DNA of 64,000 bases, taken from NCBI RefSeq assembly GCF_009914755.1, contig NC_060927.1. One strand, written 5' to 3'. Both the position numbers and the translations under genes were made by a program. Under the pieces are notes generated by a model, which was given only the letters and a program-made list of their open reading frames with translations, ran no database searches and was not told the origin of the DNA. Below are positions 18,972 to 51,389 of the stretch, piece by piece. The DNA is from the human T2T-CHM13v2.0 reference genome, Homo sapiens. Positions within the stretch are counted from its first letter, which is position 1; the number at the start of each line of letters is the position of its first letter.

Positions 18972-19115
18972 CAGAATGCTTTTGTTCCTTCTGCAGTGAA
19001 AAATAATAGGCATCCCTTCCACCCCAGCATACTGCCAGTCCAACCACCAAGGTGTCATCACAACCTTTAATGGGAAATCCATCATCTCTAATAGGAATTT
19101 CCTGAGGTGAGCTAG
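18972..19115 (-). CDS. POLQ: POLQ exon ~17 (144 nt): ASSPQEIPIRDDGFPIKGCDDTLVVGLAVCWGGRDAYYFSLQKEQKHS
   Basis: ttacttag|CT...TCT G|gtaagt; read by hand. Confidence 0.95.
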
Positions 19116-20262
19116 CTAAGTAAAACAAAAGTGAAACAGTTAAAAATCTCTAAAAATAAAGACATTACATAAATTGTTAAAACAATTATAATAAAAAACC
19201 TATCTTTGATAGGCAAAATTTCCAGATCTTAAAATATGCATTTGGACAGTCATTTTAAGTATAAGTAAGATCTTTCCAGGCTTCCCATCAATTAAGATAA
19301 CTGTCACTATGAAAAAGCTATCAAGGATTTGTTAAAATAAATCTATAATGATTAACGTCAAGAAAGGGAGGCTGCATTTCAAATTTTATAACTCAAACAA
19401 AAATACAGATCATTTGCATACTACAAATATTTTGCAGCAAATTCAGCAATTCTTAGCTAAGAAACTCCAGAAAAATAAAGACTATTACTCCTTAGTGAAG
19501 AAGCATAATTTTGTATCTAGAGTCAATGTTTTATTCCTAAAATAATGTATCTCCAATTTTATAAAGGTCAAGAATCAATCCGTCTTATTGATAATTATAT
19601 CCCTAGTAGCAGGAAAATAACTGGCACATAGGAACTTAGTACATATTTATTAAATTTAGGTGAACTTTTTTATCCCTCTAGCCTCTATTATATAGCCTGA
19701 TACAGAAAATGTGCTCAATTTTGTTTGTTACATCAAAAATGGAAAGTGCTATTCAACACTAAAAGTACATAAAAGTTGTGGTTAACACATCTGCTTCATG
19801 AATTGAAAATCAGACAAATACTCAAACCTTTATGAACAAATTAATTCATAAAATAGCAAGGTTTAATAAATCTAATCAAACACCTGATTTCCACAGCTGA
19901 CTACAACTGGTCCCCACAATCCAGAAGGCAGAGCTCACGCAATAAGACAGGAATATACATAGCCTTATTTGACCAAAAGGTTCAACTCTCTCAAAACCTG
20001 GAAGAGCTCTGCAAGGTTTTGGAAGCAACATTTCAGTATACAATTCATGACTATCATGGAGGTCTAAGTTCTACTCAAGATAAATCTTGGAAAATGTAGC
20101 TAATGTACACTGTGAAGAACAAAGTTCCTATTAGCAATGTAATTTTGTAATTACATAAGCAAACAAGGATATTACAATTTAATAGAAAATAATTTATGAG
20201 GCCGGGCATGGTGGCTCACGCCTGTAATCCCAGCACTTTGGGAGGCCGAGGTGGGTGGATCA

Positions 20263-20676
<414 letters not shown>

Positions 20677-20789
20677 CTAGCTACTTGGGAGGCTGAGGCA
20701 GGAGAATTGCTTGAACTCAGAAGGTGGAGGTTGCAGTGAGCGAAGATCAAGATCACACCACTGCACTCCAGCCTGGGCAACTGAACAAG

Positions 20790-20816
20790 ACAAAGAAAGA
20801 GGAAAGAAAGAAAGAA

Positions 20817-20855
<39 letters not shown>

Positions 20856-20890
20856 AAAGAAAAGAAAGGAGAAAAAGAAAAAAGAAAAGA
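20790..20890 (+). repeat. (GA)n/(GAAA)n purine tract derived from an Alu tail
   Basis: Seen directly. Confidence 0.9.
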
Positions 20891-21195
20891 ATTCATGAGC
20901 ACTGGTGATTAATAAAAACCATTATGTTACAACATTAATATACCATAAAAGAAATGTCACGTTCATATTCAAAATATGTATTATCTTTATTTTTATAAAC
21001 TTTTATTCTAATATATATTACATGCACCTCTTATACTGGAGGGCAACTATCATTAATTAATTTAGGTATGCTGAATAAATAAGGCTGTTCTACACATAAA
21101 TCCACAGAGGAGATACATACTACAACTTGAATAGATTATATTTAATATCTAACATTGAGAAATCTAACTCTTATCTCAGTCTACTAAGTAGTTTA

Positions 21196-24375
<3,180 letters not shown>

Positions 24376-24700
24376 TCATTCGTAAGGCAAGTATTTATTA
24401 AACATGCAATCTGAGCTGTTACCAGGAACTGAAAAAATAACAATGAAGAAGAGAGAGAAATGTATCTGCTCTCATGGCACATTCTAGCTGGGGAATTCAG
24501 AAAATAAACAAAAAGTTTAAAATGCATTCTATATTACCTGGTGATAAGAGTTGTATACAAAAATAAGGCACCAGAAAGGGGTGGTGGGTGGTTCTGTAGT
24601 TTTTAAATGGCATAATAAAGGAAGGCTTCACTAAGACAGATTCTTTAAGTAGAAGCCTTTAAAAAAGTGAAAGCCATAAAACTTTCATTGAAAAACATCC

Positions 24701-27302
<2,602 letters not shown>

Positions 27303-27400
27303 TTATTTAAGAGAAAAATAACTTTAATACATTATCTATTATTTTAAAATTGACATTTTTTTTTATTTCATAAGCCCATGTAGGTAAAGGTATTTTCTTA

Positions 27401-27757
<357 letters not shown>

Positions 27758-27997
27758 TTAACAAGGCCCAAGGTGTAAGTTAACAAGGGAGCAGATATAT
27801 ATTAAGAGCCTTAACTAATTGGACAATAAATGTGCTAAGTTTTATGAGATGACATTAAATGTCATCTTATTTATTCTTAATCCTCAAGTTAATACATGAA
27901 AACTGAGGCAGAGCACATAAACACAAAACAAACAAGAAGCCCTCACCCTAATTCATTCCTCTCTCTCTCTCTTTCTTAAGCAAAAGAGAACTCTTAA

Positions 27998-29393
<1,396 letters not shown>

Positions 29394-30097
29394 TTAAAAT
29401 TTTGTTACACTTCCCTACAAGAACATAAACCCCTAGAGGCAGTCTTTCATCTTTGATACCAGTGAGTCTAAGAGTGAGTCCCTCCCGGCCGGGCGCGGGT
29501 GGCTTATACCTGTAATCCCAGTACTTTAGGAGGCCGAGGCGGGTGGTCCACGAGGTCAGGAGATCGAGACCATCCTGGCTAACACAGTGGAACCCCATCT
29601 CCACTAAAAATACAAAAAAAAAATTAGCCGGGCGTGGTGCCGGGCACCTGTAGTCCCAGCTACTCGGGAGGCTGAGGCAGCAGAATGGCATTAACCTGGG
29701 AGGCAGAGCTTTCAGTGAGCCGAGATGGCGCCACTGCACTCCAGCCTGGGAGACAGAGCAAGACTCTGTCTCAAAAAAAAAAAAAAAAAAAAAAAAGAGT
29801 GAGTGCCTCCCTTCCTACCACTATCTCTTCTCATCTTCCCCGCAGTACTCCCTCATAAGCACATATCTTCACGATGAAACCTATTATACATATAACACAC
29901 CCTCTTGTAGCCCATAGTTTCCTTCTTAAGGGCTTGTAAGGATTCCTTAGTAAAATCAGACCCAGAATTTCTCGTTTGCTTAGGGTTTAATACATTAAGG
30001 CAGACCAGTGGTTCCTTAGATCATTTTTGTAACAGTCAGACAGGAGTTCAGAAATCCCTCTCCATCTTCCGTCCTTCTCCTCAACAATATGGATTAA

Positions 30098-30229
<132 letters not shown>

Positions 30230-30695
30230 TAGCTGGGATTATAAGCGCCCACCGCCACACCTGGCTAATTTTTTGTATTTTCAGTAGAGATGGGGTTTCA
30301 CCATCTTGGCCAGGCTGGTCTTGAACTCCTGACCTCGTGATCCACCCGACTCGGCCTCCCAAAGTGCTGGGATTACAGGCATGAGCCACCGCGCCCGGCA
30401 ATCAGTACCTTAATGAGAAAGGGGAGACCACAGAGAACTTTGTTTCTGTTTCTTCTTGCAACAGGAAAAAGAAAAGGAAAACAGAAAGGAGGATAGTCAG
30501 CAGGTTGCTAAGGAATAGAGGCCAAGACATTCAGCTAGTTACCAATCCTCTGTAACATGGTACTGAGCCCTGAGGAGCCATAGTTTTGAATTTTCTGATG
30601 ATGACAAGAACTGTACAAAGTTTTAGCACTTTTAAAGAAGCCTACAATAAAATGGAATTTGAAAAAAAAAGTAATCTTAACTCGACCTCAAATCA

Positions 30696-30869
<174 letters not shown>

Positions 30870-31333
30870 TCATCAAAAGCGTGGTAAGAGATCCTTCACG
30901 TCTACTAGGCGATACAGTGTGTTGAAAAATGACTAAGAACTGGAAAGGCAACAGAGGGCTTATATAATACATTGTGGTGAGATTCTTAATAGAAAATAGG
31001 ATTACTGGACAAAGGCTGAGATCAATGCTTGCAAAGCAAGTTTTGACATGCATTAGTACTATAGTAAAGAACTAATGTCTGTATAACAAAAACCTGCCCA
31101 TATTCAAAACTGCTGCTAACAAGAAATGAGACTTGGTTCAAGAAATGTGATGACACAAAAATTAAAAAGATAACTTGATATACAGCTACATGTATATCAT
31201 TACTCCAATAAAATGACAATATAAATATAGCATCCAATTTTGATTTGAAAGGCAACGGTAGCAAAAGTAATCCAAGTATATAAATCCAAGTATATAAAAT
31301 TTATACTTAACCATATTATAAATAATATATTAG

Positions 31334-31759
<426 letters not shown>

Positions 31760-31938
31760 TAAGTATGATATAAAGCATAACCCCAGGTGAAGTCACAGTA
31801 AGTTGGTGGTTCTTCTGATCAACACCTTCTTTACAAAAGAGAGGTAATTAAATATTCTACCTTAAAAGATAAGGTCTTTATATATAATGGCTGCTAAACT
31901 GTGAGCTGCAGAAAGAAACTAAAATACCAATAAATTTA

Positions 31939-32326
<388 letters not shown>

Positions 32327-32401
32327 CTACAATAAACTGGGCGTCTACTACATGCAAGACACTGTGTTAAATACCGGAGAGCCCAGAGACCTTGACGTTT
32401 A

Positions 32402-32596
<195 letters not shown>

Positions 32597-34843
32597 CTAA
32601 AAGGAAGAAGTATTATTCATTAACTAAAACTATTATATTACAAAAAACCATTATATACAACCTTCATATTAAAGACAAAAGCCAGGCATGATGGTATGTG
32701 CCTGTAGTCCTAGCTACTCAGAAGGCTGAGATGGAAAGATTGCTTGAACCCAAAAGTTTGAGGCCACAGTGAGCTATGACTGTGCCACTGCACTCTAGCT
32801 CAACTGACCAGGTGAGACTCTGTCTCTAAAAAAATGAAATAAAATAAAATAAATAAAATGGCTGACTGTGGTGGTTCATGCCTGTAATCCCAATGCTGTA
32901 GGAGGCCAAGGCAGGAGGATCGCTTGAGCCCAGGAGTTTGAGGCTGCAGTAAGCTATGACTGTGCCACATCACTCCAGCCTGGGCAACAGAGCAAGACTC
33001 CATCTCAAAAAAAATTACAATAAAATAAAATTACTTAAAATAAAAAGACAAAGGCCTCAGGATTTACAAAAATGTCTAACTGTGATAATACCTCATTCAT
33101 ATGGAAACATCATTTATTCACAAACAATGCACTGCCAGGACAAATGGAAAGAGATCACTAAGCATACAAACTGGATTTTATAGAACCCAAGTCTTTTTTT
33201 TTTTTTTTTGAGACAAGGTCTTGTTCTATCATCCAGGCTGGGATCTAGTTCACTGAAGCTTCAACCTCCTGTGCTCAAGCAATCCTCCCAAGTCAGCCTC
33301 CCAAGTAGCTGGGGCTACAAGGTGAGTGCCACCACGTCTGCCTAATTTTTAAATTTTTTTGGTGAAACTGGGTTTTATTCTGTTGCCCAGGTTGGTCTCA
33401 GACTCCTGGCCTCAAGCAATTCTCCTGCCTCAGACTCTCAAAATGCTGGGATTACAGGCATCAGCCACTGCGCCCGGCCAGAACCTAAGTTTTTAATTAT
33501 AGACACTTCTAATATCAATATTCTAACTGTAGGTACAATCTTAAGTATTCTGAGTAATTTTCAAGAAAGAATCAATAACATAGAGGAGATAAGGGAAGAA
33601 TCAATATTCAGAGTTGATATATTACCCAAAATGTCAAGATTCAACAAAAATTATGAAACATATAAGAAATAGGAAAGTATGTCTCAAACACAGGGGGAAA
33701 AGCAGGCAAAAGAAATAAAAAGAAATACCTTTGAGAGGGTCCAGCTATTGAAATAAGTAAAGACTTCAAAGCAAATATTATAAATATGGTAAAAACAAAA
33801 ACAAAAACCATGCTTGAAGTAAAAGGCATGATGCCAATGTCTCATTAAGTAGAGAATACAATAAAGACAAAATTATTTTTAAAAGAACCAAATGAAAATT
33901 CTGGAGTTAAAAGTACAATAACTGGCCAGGCACAGTGGCTCATGCCTATAAAGCCAGCACTTTGGGAGGCTGAGAGGGGAGGACCACTTGAGCTCAGGAG
34001 TTTGAGATCAGCATGGGCAACATGGTGAAACACTGTCTCTACAAAAAAATACAAAAATTAGCCAGGGATGATGGCACATGCCTGTGGTCCCAGCTACTTG
34101 GGAGGCTGAAGTGGGAAGACTGCTTGAGCCCAGGTCAAGGCTGCAGTGAGCCGTAATTGTGCCACTGTACTCTTGTTTGGGCAACAGAGCAAGAATATGT
34201 CTCAAAAAAAAAAAAAAAAAAAAAGTGCAGTAACTAAAATGGGGTTTATTATGTTGCCCAGGTTGGTCTTGAATTCTTGAACTCAAATAACACTCCAGCC
34301 TTGGCCTTGGCCTTCCAAAGTGCTAGGATTAAAGGCGTGAGCCACCAAACCTGGACCTAAAATGGATAATTTACTAGAGAGATCAACAGTATATCCAAGC
34401 TGGCATAAGAAAGAATCAGCAAACATGAATAGATTAATAAAGACTATGCAATCTGAAAGAGGGAGAGGAGAAAGCAGAAAAAATGAACAGAGTCTTAAAG
34501 GAATATGGGAAACATTAAGTGTACCAACATATGCATAATGAGTACCAGGAGAAGATAGAAAGGAAAAGGAAAATCATCTGAAGAAATTATGGCTAAAAGT
34601 ATTCCAAATTTGATGGACAACATTAACCTACATATCCAAGAAACTCAGTGAACTCCAAGCAGGATACATACAAAGGCATCCATACAAAGACGCATCACAG
34701 TCAAAACATTAAAACTGAAGAAAAAAAATCTTGAAAACAGCAAGAAAAAGTCATCCTATGTAAGAGAAACCTGATAAGGTTAAGAGCTAACTTCTCACCA
34801 GCAACAAGAAGGCCAGTGAGATGACATATTCTAAATGCAGTGA

Positions 34844-35290
<447 letters not shown>

Positions 35291-35302
35291 TAAGAAATGC
35301 TA

Positions 35303-35687
<385 letters not shown>

Positions 35688-35723
35688 TCACTTGAGGTCA
35701 GGAGTTCGAGACTAGCCTGGTCA

Positions 35724-35987
<264 letters not shown>

Positions 35988-36913
35988 TCAATTCCAAACC
36001 AAAAAAAGAAAGTCAACAAAGGAAATTATGTGGGTACATATAAAAACAGTATCATTACATATTTCTCTTTTCTTCTCCTGACTGATTTAAAAGGCAACTT
36101 ATAAAACAATATGCATATTTTTGTACTGTATTGGGTTTGTTTGTTAGTTTGTTTGAGACAGGGTCTCACTCAGTTGCCCAGGCTGGACACAATCTCAGCT
36201 CACTGCAACCTCTACCTCCCAGGTTCAAGTGATTCTTGTGCTTCAGCCTCCTGAGTAGCTAGAATTACAGGTATGCACCACCACACCCAGCTCATTTTTG
36301 TATTTTTAGTAAAGATGGGGCCTCACCATGATGACCAGGCTGGTCTTGAACTCCTGACCTCAAGTGGTCCACCCGCCTCAGCCTACCGAAGTGCTGAGAT
36401 TACAGGCATGAGCCACTACAACCTGCCAATATGCATATAATTGAATTGTTGGGTCCATAACATATAAAATTCACAATATATTTGACAGTATCAGCCCACA
36501 GGAGGGAGGTGGAAGCAAAGCTGTACTGGACTAAGGAAATGACAAGAGATGGTGTCCCAAATCCATAGAAATAAATGAAGAAAAAAAACACAATCATAAA
36601 TAAGAATGTTAATGAAGCAAACTCTGTAAATGTATATTTGCTCTCCTTTCTTCTCTCAGCTTCTCTAAAAACATTAAATTACATAAAATACTAAGTATAA
36701 CAACGTACTGTTAGGTTTGCAACACATAATGATGTAATAAGTATAACAATGGCACAAAAAAAGGAATCAAAATAGAGTTATTTAAGAATACTTCTTTATT
36801 TCACTGCAATTAAGTTAGTATAAATTTTAAGCTGTACCTGATAAACCCTTGAGTAAACACTAAAAAAAAAAATGGCAAAAAATATAGAGAAAAATGTACA
36901 AAATTAAAATGTT

Positions 36914-37312
36914 ATAGTGTTTTGTGCTGCATAATGACATTTTTGGTCAATGACAAACTGCATATATGACAGCAGTCCCATAAGATTATAATGGAGCTGA
37001 AAAATTAATATTGCCTAGTGACATCATAATCATCAAATATCTAGCATGTTGCATTACCTTTTCTATGTTTAGAAATGTCTAGATACACAAATACTTACCA
37101 TTGTATTACAACTGCCTACAGTACTCAGTAGAGTAACATGCCAAACAAGTTTGTAGCCTAGAAGCAGTAAGGTTATACCATATATCCTAGGTGTGTAGCA
37201 GGCTATACCATCTACATTTGTGTAAGCACACTCTGTAATATTCACACAACAATGAAATTACCTAAAGATGCAATTCTCAGAATGTATCACTGTCCTTAAG
37301 CAATAATGACTA
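36914..37312 (-). mobile_element. Tigger3/MER7-type MITE
   Basis: gatacacaaatacttaccattgtattacaactgcctacagta...cctaggtgtgtag. Confidence 0.8.
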
Positions 37313-37535
37313 TACTAGAATATATTCCCTTCATTCAAAAAAGAGCAGTAAAAGAGGTACAGGGGAACAAATTCCCTGAGAATACCGACTGTAGTTGAAA
37401 ACTTCAATACCCGACTTTCAACAATGAATAGAACTACTAAGAAAATCAAAAGGAAATAGAAGACTAAAATAACATTCTAAGTCAATTAGACCTAAGAGAC
37501 ATCTATAGAACTCCACCAAACCATAGCAAAATGTA

Positions 37536-37790
37536 TAGCTGTCTCTTGTTATCTGTGGGGGACTGGTTCCAGGACCTCCTGCAGATAACAAAATCCATGG
37601 ATGCTCAAGTCTCTGATATAAAATGATAGTGTCTGTATATAACCTATGCACATCCTGCCATATACAGAGTAATCATCTAGCGTAATTATAATACCTAATA
37701 CCACATAAATACTACGTAAATAGCTGATATACTGTATTGTTTAGGGAATAATGACAAAATAAACTGTATGTTCAGTACAGAAAAAAATTT
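37536..37790 (+). mobile_element. MER2 fragment
   Basis: tctgtgggggactggttccaggacc...aaaatccatggatgctcaagtc. Confidence 0.8.
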
Positions 37791-38639
37791 TTTTGAGATG
37801 GAGTCTCACTCTGTCACCCAGGCTGGAGTGCAGTGGCATAATCTCGGCTCACTGCAACCTCTGCCTCCCAGGTTCAGGTGATTCTTCTGCCTCAGCCTCC
37901 TGAGTAGCTGGGATTACAGGCGAGTGCCACCATGCCCAGCTAATTTTTGTATTTTGTAATTTTGTATTTTTAGTACAGACAGGGTTTCACCATGTTGGCC
38001 AGGCTGGTCTCGAACACCTGACCTCAGATGATCCGCTGAAAGAATGAAAAGAAAACAAAATTGAAAAATATTTAGCTGGACTGATCAAGAAATGATGCAG
38101 GAAGATTCAAATTACTAAAATCAGGAATGAAAGAGGAACCAACCCCACCATCCTCACATAAATAAAAAGGATTATAAGGGAATACTATGAACAAGTAAAT
38201 GCCAACAAATTAGATAATCTACGTGGACTATTTTCTGGAAATACACAAACTACCAAAACCGATTGAAGAAAAAATCGAAACTCTGAATAGTTATAAAAAG
38301 TAAAAAGATTAAATTCATCATCAAAACATTTACTCCAAAGTAAAGCCCAGGCCCAAGTGGCTTGACTGGTGAAATCTACTAAACATTTAAATAACAATTA
38401 ATAGCAATCTTTAACAAATTCTTCAAAAGAAACAGAAGAGGAAGAAATATATCCTAAATCATACTGTGCAGTTAGTATTACTCCAAAACCACACAAAGAC
38501 ATCACGAGAAAACAGAACTACAGGTCAATGTATCTTATGACAAAAATACTAGCAAACCAAATAAAATACTAGCAATAAAATACCAGCAAACCAAATCCAG
38601 CAACATAAAAAGGATTATACAACCTAACCAAGTCAGATA

Positions 38640-39298
38640 CTCCCTTTTGGAATGGAAGTATTTATCCAATGCCTGTAACCCCATTGCATCTTGGGAGTAA
38701 CTAACTTAGTTTTTTTATTTCACAGGCTCATCAGTGGAAAGCACTAGCCTTCTCTCAGATGAGACTTTGGACTTCTGAGTTAATGATGCAATGAGTTAAG
38801 ACTCCGGGGGACTGTTGGGAAGGGATGATTGTATTTTGGAATGTGAGAAGGTCATGAGATTTAGGGGCCCAAGTGTAGATTTATATAGTATAGATATGTG
38901 TCCCCACCGAATTTCATGTTGAAATATAATCTCCAATGCTGGAGATAGTGCCTGGTGGCAGGTGACTGGATCATGAAGACCGTTTCTTATGGTTTAACAC
39001 CACCCCACTTGGTGCTGTCGTTGCAATGGAGAGTTCTCGTGAGATCTGGTTGTTTAAAAGTAAGTGGCACTTCCCGCCTCTCTCTCACTCTCTTCCTCTT
39101 GCTCTGGCCATATAAGATGTGCCTGCTTCCCCTTCACTTTCTGCCATGATTGGAAGCTTTCTGAGGCCTCCCCAGAAGCAGAAGCCACTGTGCTTCCTGT
39201 ACAGCCTGCAGAATCATGAGCCAATTAAACCTCTTTTCTTTATAAATATCCCAGTCTCCATAATTTCTTTATAGCAGTGTGAGAATGGACTAATACAG
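38640..39298 (+). mobile_element. ERVL-MaLR MST-type internal 3' end plus LTR (LTR ~38883-39298)
   Basis: tctcagatgagactttggact (internal); gaggcctccccagaagcagaagcc...ccaattaaacctcttttctttataaat...ggactaataca (LTR). Confidence 0.85.
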
Positions 39299-39577
39299 TA
39301 AGCCAAAAAGAATAGCTATGAACACTGAAAAGCAGAGCAATGAAGGGAAACTTGCCCTACCAGAAAGTTTTTAATTAAAACAGAGGCACTGGCACAAAAA
39401 TCAGTCAAACTGGTCTTTTGTCAGACTAACAAGTGAAACAGGAATATACACAATGACAAATGGAATTAGAAATGTACCCAAATACAAATGGAAATACAGA
39501 AGATAAAAGTTGCCATCTTGAGTCATTGTATAAATGAATTTTTTAATAAATGATGCTGAGATTACAGATAGCCATTA

Positions 39578-42045
<2,468 letters not shown>

Positions 42046-43443
42046 AATTTTCTCAGAAGCAAACTGACATGAACAAGTTTGGGAACACAACTAACTCTTG
42101 AAGGGCATACAACTCGAATGGTGAGAGAAGTATACAAGACCACTAACCACAAGCATTCAGCATACTAACACTGCCAACAGTCTTCACGTTTTAGAGAGGG
42201 AACAGGAGTAGGAGTAGTTAGGTAATTTGGCAAATGACTTACATAATGTTTATGGGAGAATTTACTAGAAATAATAGATGTTATTAAACATTTATTCAGA
42301 TACCAAACATTCATCAAAGACTATCAGCCCTGAGGTGGGTATTATTATCTCCATTTTACAAATGAGGAAATGGAATCGTAAGAGAGGTTAAATACTTACC
42401 CAAGGTTATATGATTACTAAGTGATGAGGCCAAAAGTTGAACTAAGGCAGTCTGATCCTAGAGCCCACAATCTTAGCCACTGTATAATAAATGACTTATT
42501 TTTAAGGCCATGATAGATGACCGGTGAAACCTGCTTTGAGATTCCTCCCAGCCACATTCTTGGGCACAGACCTTTGAGCCTATTATCACCCATGTATTAT
42601 GCGAGTTTGTAATAAAAGAAAATTGGTACTGTCTAGACATTTCCCCTCTGCTCACTACATAGCGATTTTTATTGAAACACATTTCCTGATAAGCCCCCTT
42701 CATTCTAATGAGAATTTCAATTTTACTCACCTCCCCTTATCACTTGCTTATCAAAATGCATGCATCTGCTCTTAACTGACAAAATTAATTATTTCTGATC
42801 AGGTTCTTGCCAGAGAACATGACCTTAAACACTATCCAATTCTTATTAATATCTTTGTTATACAAAATAATATTCACAGAGCATTGTCTAATATAAACAA
42901 ACTTTTAAAATTCCTTATTGCATTTATTATAGAGATTTTTATCAAACAATGTTAAGTTCCAAAGTATCCTTTTAGGACTAAATTTCTCTTAGGCAGGGAA
43001 ATGCAATGTTTTTCCTAAACTTGTTTTGTTTTTTATCTTATGAATATTAACACTAATCAAGCTTTCCTCTTTCTTTTAGTTGCTAGAAAACCCAGAATCA
43101 AAGTTGACAACAGCATTGGACATGACTTAATGGCACGCATGTTTGTGTACTGACCTTTGCTTGAGTTTTACATCATGATCCGATCTTTAATTTTCTGATA
43201 TCCCATTTTTCTTTGCTGTTCTTTTATACGTTGTAAAAATATATATTTTTTATAAAACAACTCAAATCTTTTTTGAAAGGAGGTTGGAGAAAATAAATTT
43301 AAAGGTAACTAGAACATTTAGATTATTACTTTAAAACAATTATCTTCTTACCTCTTCTCTATTCCCACCAGTACTAACCTAGGCATGGAAAACAGACGAG
43401 ATGTTCTGTTAGGGTATCTTTGATGTTCAGGATTATATATCTA

Positions 43444-43674
<231 letters not shown>

Positions 43675-43925
43675 TCAAAATAAAATAAAACAAAATACTA
43701 TCTTTCTGTTTTCCATGCTAACCCTCCCGGCTGATAAATTTTACAAATAGTACCTTATCCAGAGCATGAAAATGTATGAGCAGGCTCTATCATAATGGTC
43801 TGAAGTTGCTAAATACAATACTGATTTACTAAAAATGAGTTGATACACTGCTCAAAAAATCAAATTCCTTTTATACTACATGAAAAGACAATTTCCATTC
43901 ACTGAGCAGTCATACACCCTCACTA

Positions 43926-45741
<1,816 letters not shown>

Positions 45742-45776
45742 CTAAGATTTTCATATACTAACATTTTACTAATTTA

Positions 45777-46028
<252 letters not shown>

Positions 46029-46117
46029 TTAAGTTGCCTTACTTTGCTTAAAAGCAGACAAGAGATGATAGTGGTTGTTATGGTAATAAAATTATGGCTA
46101 TTTTTTGAACTTTGGAC

Positions 46118-46694
46118 AGAAGGGGATCAGAATATGCCACTCCAAAATATGCCACTTCAGCATAAGGATTATTTTGAGCTGAAGGCCATTGGGAAGCAGC
46201 AAACACAGAAAGAACTCTTTGTCCTCTCCCTATCTGCCTAAAAGCAAGAATAAATTTTTCCCTTTGTGATGATGTTTTCCATTCCCTCTCCCACACAGGA
46301 CAACAACCCTTATCACTGGAGACAGGTCAGCACTGAGATGGGTCTGCACAAACAAACTCTACCTACTAAAATAACTTCTATCTTCCATTAGTTTGCCCCA
46401 TATATTTACCTTCTCACAATTTGTTGCCCCTAGAAGCCCAGATACCTTTTCCTTTTTCTTGTTGCTTCTCCACAATTTACTGCCCATTGTTAAAATGTTA
46501 TATAAGACCCCAGGTTAAACAGTTTCTCAGGTCTTCAATCCTTTTCTATAAAGGCTTCCATGTACATAAAAATTAAAATATTAGCATCAAATAAAGTTTA
46601 TATGCCTTTTCTCCTGTTAATCTGTCAATTTAATTAGCAGGTCCCAACTGCAGAACCTAAGAAAGTAGAGGAAAAGTCTTTTTCTTCCCCTACA
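46118..46694 (+). mobile_element. ERV1 solo LTR, MER34-like
   Basis: cagaatatgccactccaaaatatgccactt...tataa...aataaa...cccctaca; apparent 4-bp TSD ggac/ggat. Confidence 0.78.
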
Positions 46695-47254
46695 GGATTA
46701 ACCATTATTATTGAATAATGAAGTAATTAATAGAGGTACTTTCAAACCTATAAAGTAAAATGCAAATGTAAATTGTTACCAGTTATATGATAAAATAAAT
46801 TCAAAAATACTTGTAGATACCCAAAATTTATATTACAACATTTACTAATCTAAATGCTTTATTGTGAGAACCAAATGAACAAAAATACATGAAAGCACTT
46901 ATATGTTAAAGCCATATACAACTATACAATTTGAACAAATACAAACTATTATTGCAACAATTATGACTAGAGAGAATCATAATTTTTCTTCAAAAATGAA
47001 TCCAATACTGTGGGAAAGAAAGCAGGTAAGAGGTTCAAAAAGACAAATGAAGAATACTTTTTTTTTTAAATAAAACTGGCACAGTGCTGGAATATCCTTA
47101 CCACCCGAGGCAAAGAGAAGGTACAGATTATCCTTCCCAATTGCCAAACTGAGAATCAAGATAGGATAAAGTGAAGGGATTATAAACTTGATTATCAATG
47201 GCTGTTTATCCCAGAAATGATTATAAAGATAGGCACCATTAAAAAAGCAAAACA

Positions 47255-50210
<2,956 letters not shown>

Positions 50211-51389
50211 ATCACATGAATATAACACCTGACTCTTGCAATGGCTACAAAACAGCCCAGCTTAAGAAAGAAAACACACACATATAAATTACCTAGAAAA
50301 TGAATCAACTAGCATTAGCAGCAAGATAAACAAGCCACTTTGGGCTGTTTAAAGGTCTTTCGGGGCTTTGATTCTTCAACAAAATGAACTGCCCTTTTCC
50401 TGAATGGGCAAGGTTTATAAAATGTCCAAATGAACATCAGTATATATGTACAGGTTCCTGCAACCACCTGTCTAGGGAGGACTCATCCACATCACAAGAG
50501 GGAAGTTGAAATTATTTAGAATCAAATAATTTATTACTGACTGCTGAACTTACAAATCGCTATTTTGGCACCAAGCACCATCATCCTATACTAGAAGCTT
50601 CTAAGTAGTCTATGGAAAGACTGAAGTGTCATCTAAATAAAACACCATGTGCTGTCCAGGAATATAAAATGCACAGAATTTCCAATGATGCTACACGATA
50701 CAAAAAGCATGACCAAGTATTTAAGTCTCCATAGTGAATATAAACCACTATATTCCTACATTCTTCATTAGCTTGAAGTTATGAGCAAGTCATATGACAT
50801 CCTGAAATACAATGATATGCAAGATCAAAAGCTTGGAAGTCTTTAAGACCTCAGAAATGAACTTATTACAGTATATTTTAGTTCTGTTTGAGAGTTGTCT
50901 GATTTAAGGCTTGATAATTAGCCCAGGGCACTAACCTTCCAATTGTTCTTTCCCATAATAAATATAAGCTAAGAACATAACAAGGCAAATAAGATCTCAG
51001 CTTATTTCTTGTCTTATTTCTCCTTATCTTCTACATTAACTAAAAGACCCTCTGTCCCGAGAGACAATTATCTATGTAAAATGGACTTATACTCCATTCC
51101 CCAGAGGTGTGAGTCCACTGAAAATTGGGGATGGACAGAGGTAGGCAAATAGGAATGGGAAGGAAGAATCTCACTCTCTTCCCTCAACTCTTTTTAAGCA
51201 TATACATGCAATCTGCATATTCTGTAGGTAAAGTAAGAGAGAAACAGGATAAACGTCTCTGATGTCAGCTGTAGGAAAAATCCAACAAATTGGAAGTTTT
51301 GTTTTTTTTTTTTAAATCATCAAAATTTTCAGGGCTTAAAAGAAAGGCTGACCAATGCCCTTCAGGGATTGTAAATGGGTCATTTATTA

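Noticed and set aside
19111-19120. Tandem acceptor TAG-CTAG at exon ~17
   Set aside because: The second AG is 4 nt downstream and out of frame; the first AG after the pyrimidine tract fits the protein and nothing supports use of the second.
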